Part shown: positions 58,125 through 64,000 of the stretch, piece after piece
Layout: every line of letters starts with the position of its first letter
Position numbering within the stretch: the first letter of the stretch is position 1
NCBI GenBank assembly: GCA_951406725.2
Contig: OX597837.1
Span: 16,058,001-16,122,000, forward strand
Reading direction: 5' to 3'
DNA from: Octopus vulgaris
Taxonomy: Eukaryota
DNA: 64,000 nucleotides
Made by a program: the position numbers and the translations under genes
Notes under the pieces: generated by a model
Told to the model about the DNA's origin: nothing
Seen by the model: the letters and a program-made list of their open reading frames with translations, nothing else
Database searches by the model: none

Positions 58125-58538
58125 AATCAATCTGTCACTGTTTGCCTGTCTGTCTATTTGTCTGTCTGTCTGTCTATTACCTATCTATCTATCTACCTCT
58201 CTATCTATATACATGTCTGTCTGTCTGTCTCTGTGTCTTTCAGTTTGTCTTTCTGTTTGTTTATTTATAATTGTTTACCCACCCACACATACACACACAA
58301 ACACGCGCACGCATATGTGTATGTGTGTGTGTGTCTATGTATGTAATGTACGTATGTATGTGTGTATGCATTCATGAATGTATGACTGTGTACATTTTTG
58401 TAAATTGACAACACAGGCCCAGGTGTACAATGGTGAAGATTCACAGAAAATATTTTAAATATTTCAGAGTTAATTAGATTCCCGTTTAGAGAAAGTAAAT
58501 AGTGGCCGTTCCATTGTGTACGTGCACGGATATCTGTA

Positions 58539-58611
<73 letters not shown>

Positions 58612-59136
58612 TTGTGTACGTGTGTGCTTTTTGTGTGTGTATATGTATATGTGCATATACTCATGCGCACATATGTACATGTGTAAGTATGCATGAATGT
58701 ACGCATGTATATATGTATTTGTATATCACTATACACTTGTACATGTGTATGTGTAGAAGTGTGTGACTGTTTTATATATACATCGATCTATTTGTCTATC
58801 CATGTATGTGTGTGTGTATGAATGTATGATATATATATTCTATTATTCTACTATAAAAAATACCAGTTAAGTATTGGGGTAGATGTAATCGACCTCCCCT
58901 CCCCTCAAAAACTGCCGGCCCTCTGCTGAATTTCAAACCATTACTCTATTACCGGTTTCAGCAAGATATTGGTAACATCTTTCTTCCATCCATTTCTTCT
59001 CCCTGCATTTGTTTTCTTCTCTCTTTCTTTCGGTAGAAGATCGTATGCTCGAAACGTCTAAGACTTCTAGTTTTCTTAAGCGTAAAATTGATACACCCTG
59101 TTTGTTCTTCCCTCACCTTTCCTGTCTCTGTTTTTG

Positions 59137-59174
<38 letters not shown>

Positions 59175-59206
59175 GAAAGAAATAGAGAGAGGGGGATAGA
59201 TAGATG

Positions 59207-59260
<54 letters not shown>

Positions 59261-59277
59261 TAGATAGATAGATAGAC

Positions 59278-59329
<52 letters not shown>

Positions 59330-59878
59330 GTGTCTAATCATACGACAGTACTTACAAGTCCTATTACGGCATCTAAATGTGGGACCCTATAATCTTAAGT
59401 GTCAAGTAGTTAATTAAATTTAACCATGTAGTTCGTAGACTTCCAGAGGGGAGTTTATATCTACTAATTACATGGGTAATTTCGATTAAGTACCTTCTGC
59501 CTCCTCAATCGGCAGAATGTACTTCACTATTGCTTTCACCATTAACGTAAAGACGAGATCCACACCCAAACTGCCATTCTTTCGTGTTTTTTATAAATAT
59601 ATTTCCGGATAAAATGCTTAGCAGCATCTCGTCCGTCTTTATGTCCTGCGTTCAATAATCTGCTGATGTCCACTTTATCTTTATTCCATCCGGAGTCCAT
59701 GTTGAACGCTGGGGTCGATGTAATCGATTTACCTCCTCGACTTTGCCTCCCGTCCTTTCGAGTTCGATAAAATTAGTTCCAGTCAAGCACTAGGGTCGAT
59801 GTAATTGACTTACTCCTCTGCCGAAAGCTCAGGCATTGTGCCTGTAGAAGAAAATACTACTACTACTACTACTACTAC

Positions 59879-59959
<81 letters not shown>

Positions 59960-60382
59960 CAGAGACTGCCTCTGTGTATTGAACCAAATAATATTTCGAC
60001 AATATGTCTTACTTCCTCTGCTTCAAATATTTTCGCAATTGTGCTATTATTATTATGATTATTATTATTGTGTTTGTTGTTGTTGTTGTTCCATCGAACA
60101 TAGTCCGCTTGTTGCTGGAAGTGTCATTACTGTTCACAGCTGTTCTCTTCCCGTGAACTCAGGTGAACGTTCTTTTCAAATCTGAAGGACTTTGTGCAGA
60201 CTCCTTGCACTGCCAACCAACGCTGCTTTATGAATGTGTTCTATTTTCATTTTTGCGCCAATCTTCTCAAAGCAATTATCCTCACATCATCGTCATCATC
60301 ATCATTAGCAGTAGCAACATCATCATCATCATCATCGTCGTCGTCGTCTTCACCATCATTATCACCATCGTTATTATTATTA

Positions 60383-60592
60383 GGCGGCGAGCTGACAGAA
60401 TCGTTGGCACGTTGGACGAAATGCTTAGCGGTATTTCGCCCGTCGTTGCGTTCTGAGTTCAAATTCTCCAAGGTCGAGTTTGCCGTTCATTTTTCGGGGT
60501 CGATAAAATAAGTACCATTGAAACATTGGGGTCAATGTAATCGACTTGTCCCCTCTCCGCAAATTTCAGACCTTGTGCCTATATTAGAAAGG
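60383..60592 (+). mobile_element. Well-preserved family B SINE
   Basis: ggcggcgagctgacagaatcgttggcac...gttctgagttcaaattc...ttcggggtcgataaaataagtacc...ccttgtgcctatattagaaagg followed by (att)n. Confidence 0.85.
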
Positions 60593-60609
60593 ATTATTAT
60601 TGTTATTAT

Positions 60610-61848
60610 TTGATGAAAATTCTCAGTTTATTTTGTTGGGTAAGGGTCAGCTGTCCACAGCCAGTAGACTAAGGGGACACTTGTTTATTGGTCATGCTTC
60701 AAGAACCCTGCGAAGAATTCTTGCAGTTCCAAGCACTGCTGATTCTTGTAGGTGTTCTATCCTTATATATGTACCGTCGTAGTTGTTCAGTTTTTCTTCT
60801 TTCTCTTTGATTCTGTTGTCACCGGCAGATGCTGTGTCGATTATCATACATGTTCTTCATTTTTTGTTTTGTTTTCACCACAACAATGTCCGGTCTCCAG
60901 TGTCTGGTCAGGTGATCGCACTGGATCTTTGCATCCCACAGCTTTTTGCAATCGTCATTCGCGGTGACTTCTTCTGGGGTTTTCTCATACCACGTCTTTG
61001 TTATTTGTAGTCCATGATTTCCACAGAGTTCCCAATGGATCATTATTGCCATATTGTCATGGCGTCTTTTGTATTCGCTTTGTGTCAATTTCGGGCACTC
61101 GCTAACGATGTGCCATACCATTTCCCCCCTTTCACCACACATTCTGCATTGGTCGCTGTCGGTAGTGTTGTCGATTCTGCATTTCACATAGTTAGTCCTT
61201 GGCGCTTGTTCATGTGCTGCGCATATGCGTGCTTCTGTCTCTATCTTCAGGTCACTCCTCCTCATCCATAGCCACTGGTCTTCTGAATCTATCTTGGCGT
61301 TCGTATCTCTTGCAAACTGACCAAACATTTTCCTCCTTCTATGTTATTTCTTTTTTTTTAGTGTCTTTTTTCCTCTTTAAGTTTTTCTTTCTTTTCACGA
61401 TTATCAGTTTTAATGCCACCAGACTTCTTCACATGTTTCAACAATGGTCCTACAGTATTTTCCACGTACCACCCTAATCTGTTTTCCTCTGTTTCGATAC
61501 AACCCTGGCAACTGATCAAAACTCACCTTCCCTTTCTTCTGGATAAGTGCAACCTTTCGGTGTCACTTTTAGGGCGGAAGGCTCCGTGCAGTCAATATTT
61601 TTCTTGTCTTCGTATCCATTTTTCATCAGTTCTTTCTTTTGCCAGTTTATGATTTCAGCTCCTTACCGAAGTGATGCAATCGCCCATCCATTAATTGCTT
61701 GGATTTTATTCAATCTGGTCAATTCTGAGCGCAGCACCATTCTTAGTCTTCGGAAATATTCCGTTCTCAATTGTTCTTTCATTTCTTTCTCCATGACTTC
61801 GTTGAATTCTAGTATGCCAAGATATTTGTAACCTTCATTTTCAATTTG
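60610..61848 (-). mobile_element. 5'-truncated R4/Dong-like RLE LINE
   Basis: Contains YKYLGI, ETEARICAAHEQ, a CCHC finger (CRMC..HIVSEC), KRRHD, RPDIV and the terminal SAVLGTARILRRVL*, with several frameshifts. Confidence 0.9.
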
Positions 61849-61880
61849 TATTATTATTATTATTATTGTTGTTGTTGTTG

Positions 61881-61924
<44 letters not shown>

Positions 61925-61984
61925 GTTGTTGTTGTTGTTGTTGCTGTTGCTGCTGTTGCTGCTGCGGCTGCTGTTGTTGCAGAT

Positions 61985-62620
61985 GTGTCTTCATTTTGTT
62001 TCGAAGATGTAGGATTTTCTACTAAGTGCAACTGAAGGTAAAATATTTCATTTGAATAATATTCGGGCACAGAAGCTCCCAGAAAACACTGGACATCTAA
62101 TCCCGTGGCAAGACATTTTTCTCAATTTTATTATCACTGTCATATATATTTCTATTCAAGAAACATCCTACTCTGCACAAATGAAATGCACGCATAAAAC
62201 GTGAATTTGTACAATTTGAATAATAATTTTTCACAATAACATCAAAACAATTTGCACATTTTGCTAAACAATGAACAGAAGCCAATTTTCGTGAGCATAA
62301 CATATGAGCGTTATAATTGGGACTAGCAATCATTTCGCTGATTAGGGGAATATCATGATCTGGCAGAGAAAAATATCTGCGTGGCAAGGATACATAACAA
62401 AAGAAAATGCCTCTGTGCCTTACGTATTGATACATGAACGAACAAGTAATATTGACATATAAGAAACATGGAAAAAATTAATTAAAAAATTAAATCATCA
62501 ATTTAATTATAGTTATAATTAATAATATGTAATTAATTACAATTATAATTAAATTAATTCTCAATTTTTTCCATGTTTCTTACATGTTAATATTACCGTT
62601 CGAAACGATCGGATGCGTGG
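61985..62620 (+). mobile_element. Degenerate Penelope-like relic (GIY-YIG-like C-terminus plus 3' hairpin)
   Basis: Fragments FILFRRCRIFY, FGHRSS and NPVARHF resemble the GIY-YIG region (C..C...YIG...EHRR...PVARHF). A hairpin at 62439-62601 is followed by GAAAC-GATC. Confidence 0.4.
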
Positions 62621-63002
62621 ATTAAAATTTTATAAAACTTTTAACACCTTTTCTTCCCCATCTTTAATTGTTTGTTGAGTTTCTAAAGGATACGTGTTCT
62701 ATAAATGCTCATAACACACCTTATATACGCATGAATTTATATTAAGATTATATGGTGTATACAAAGAATATATATTGAGCTACCTAGTTATATGTAATAT
62801 TTCAACACATTACGTTTGATGTGAACCGTAGATAACAGTTCTGAGTGACACAAAATAACTAGATTTACAAACACAACTCGTTTGTAACCCGGCACATGTC
62901 AATATATATACATATATATATACACACTCATACATACACAGACACAGACATGTATATACATATGTTTACATATATATATATACATATATATGTGTGTATG
63001 TG

Positions 63003-63095
<93 letters not shown>

Positions 63096-63339
63096 GAGAT
63101 CAATTTAATCTTTGGATTAAGATAAAAATTACGATACACACATACATACGTATAAGTTAGTTGGTATTCCTGATTATTGATGTGTGTGTGTGTATGTGTG
63201 CGTGTGTTATATATGTATGTGTGTGTACATCTATGAATATGGCATTGCACTTGAGAAGAATGAAGATTTTCTTGTTGCTACAGGCAGCACATCTCCACTA
63301 CTTTCCCTCCTCTTCTTCTTCTTCTTCTCTTCTTCTTTT

Positions 63340-63371
<32 letters not shown>

Positions 63372-63640
63372 TTCTTCTTCTTCTTCTTCTTCTTCTTCTT
63401 CTTCTTCTTCTTCTTCTTCTTCTTCTTCTTCCTCTTCCTCTTCTTCTTCTTCCTCTTCCTCTTCTTCTTCTTCTTCTTCTTCTTCTTCATTCCTTAGCCC
63501 TCAATAATCTCTAAATACATGAACGAATGCCCATGCAAGTGTTGATATACGTGTACTCATGTAGTGGGTGTATATATGTATTTATATACGTTTGTATGTT
63601 AGCATATTTATATAAATGTGTGTATGTGTATGTATATATA

Positions 63641-63674
<34 letters not shown>

Positions 63675-63754
63675 CATACATACACACACATGCACATGTA
63701 TAGGAATGTACGTACGTATGTACGGGTGTAATTAAGAACTTCTGTGTGTGTGTG

Positions 63755-63805
<51 letters not shown>

Positions 63806-64000
63806 AGATTTGCTATTCCCATCTGTATTTATACATGCATGCTTGGAGATTCTATGTTAGAATATGTGTATACAGCAAATTGTCATTATATACCCTAGTT
63901 GATGCAGTGGGGAACCCAGACAAGGACTGACTGAAGTATACACCCCTTCCCCGTACCTCGACCCTATTAAATATTCCAGATTCAGTTTCTTTCTGTTCCA

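Overview
AT-rich, microsatellite-saturated animal DNA whose SINE families and repeat landscape look like a coleoid cephalopod, most likely Octopus (inference). One protein-coding gene is supported: a minus-strand sFRP1/2/5-type secreted frizzled-related protein. I identified a 78-bp exon (18204-18281, absent from the ORF track) and the terminal exon (5453-5970); together they give a six-cysteine netrin/NTR domain plus a 67-aa highly basic tail. The signal-peptide/CRD exon is not visible, so everything above 18281 is probably a first intron of more than 45 kb. The rest is simple repeats, tRNA-derived SINEs, relics of CR1-, R4/Dong-, HERO- and RTE-like LINEs, mariner/hAT MITEs and a Helitron. 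The most unusual signal is a dispersed set of short elements in or beside (TA)n tracts. They carry type-I hammerhead-ribozyme-like folds (often with a CCGANGA rather than CUGANGA core, a palindromic stem III and stem II of very variable length), and several are built as near-perfect foldbacks. Decayed GIY-YIG-like sequence nearby points to a Penelope-like retroelement origin. All folds and alignments were done by eye; none is experimentally or computationally confirmed.
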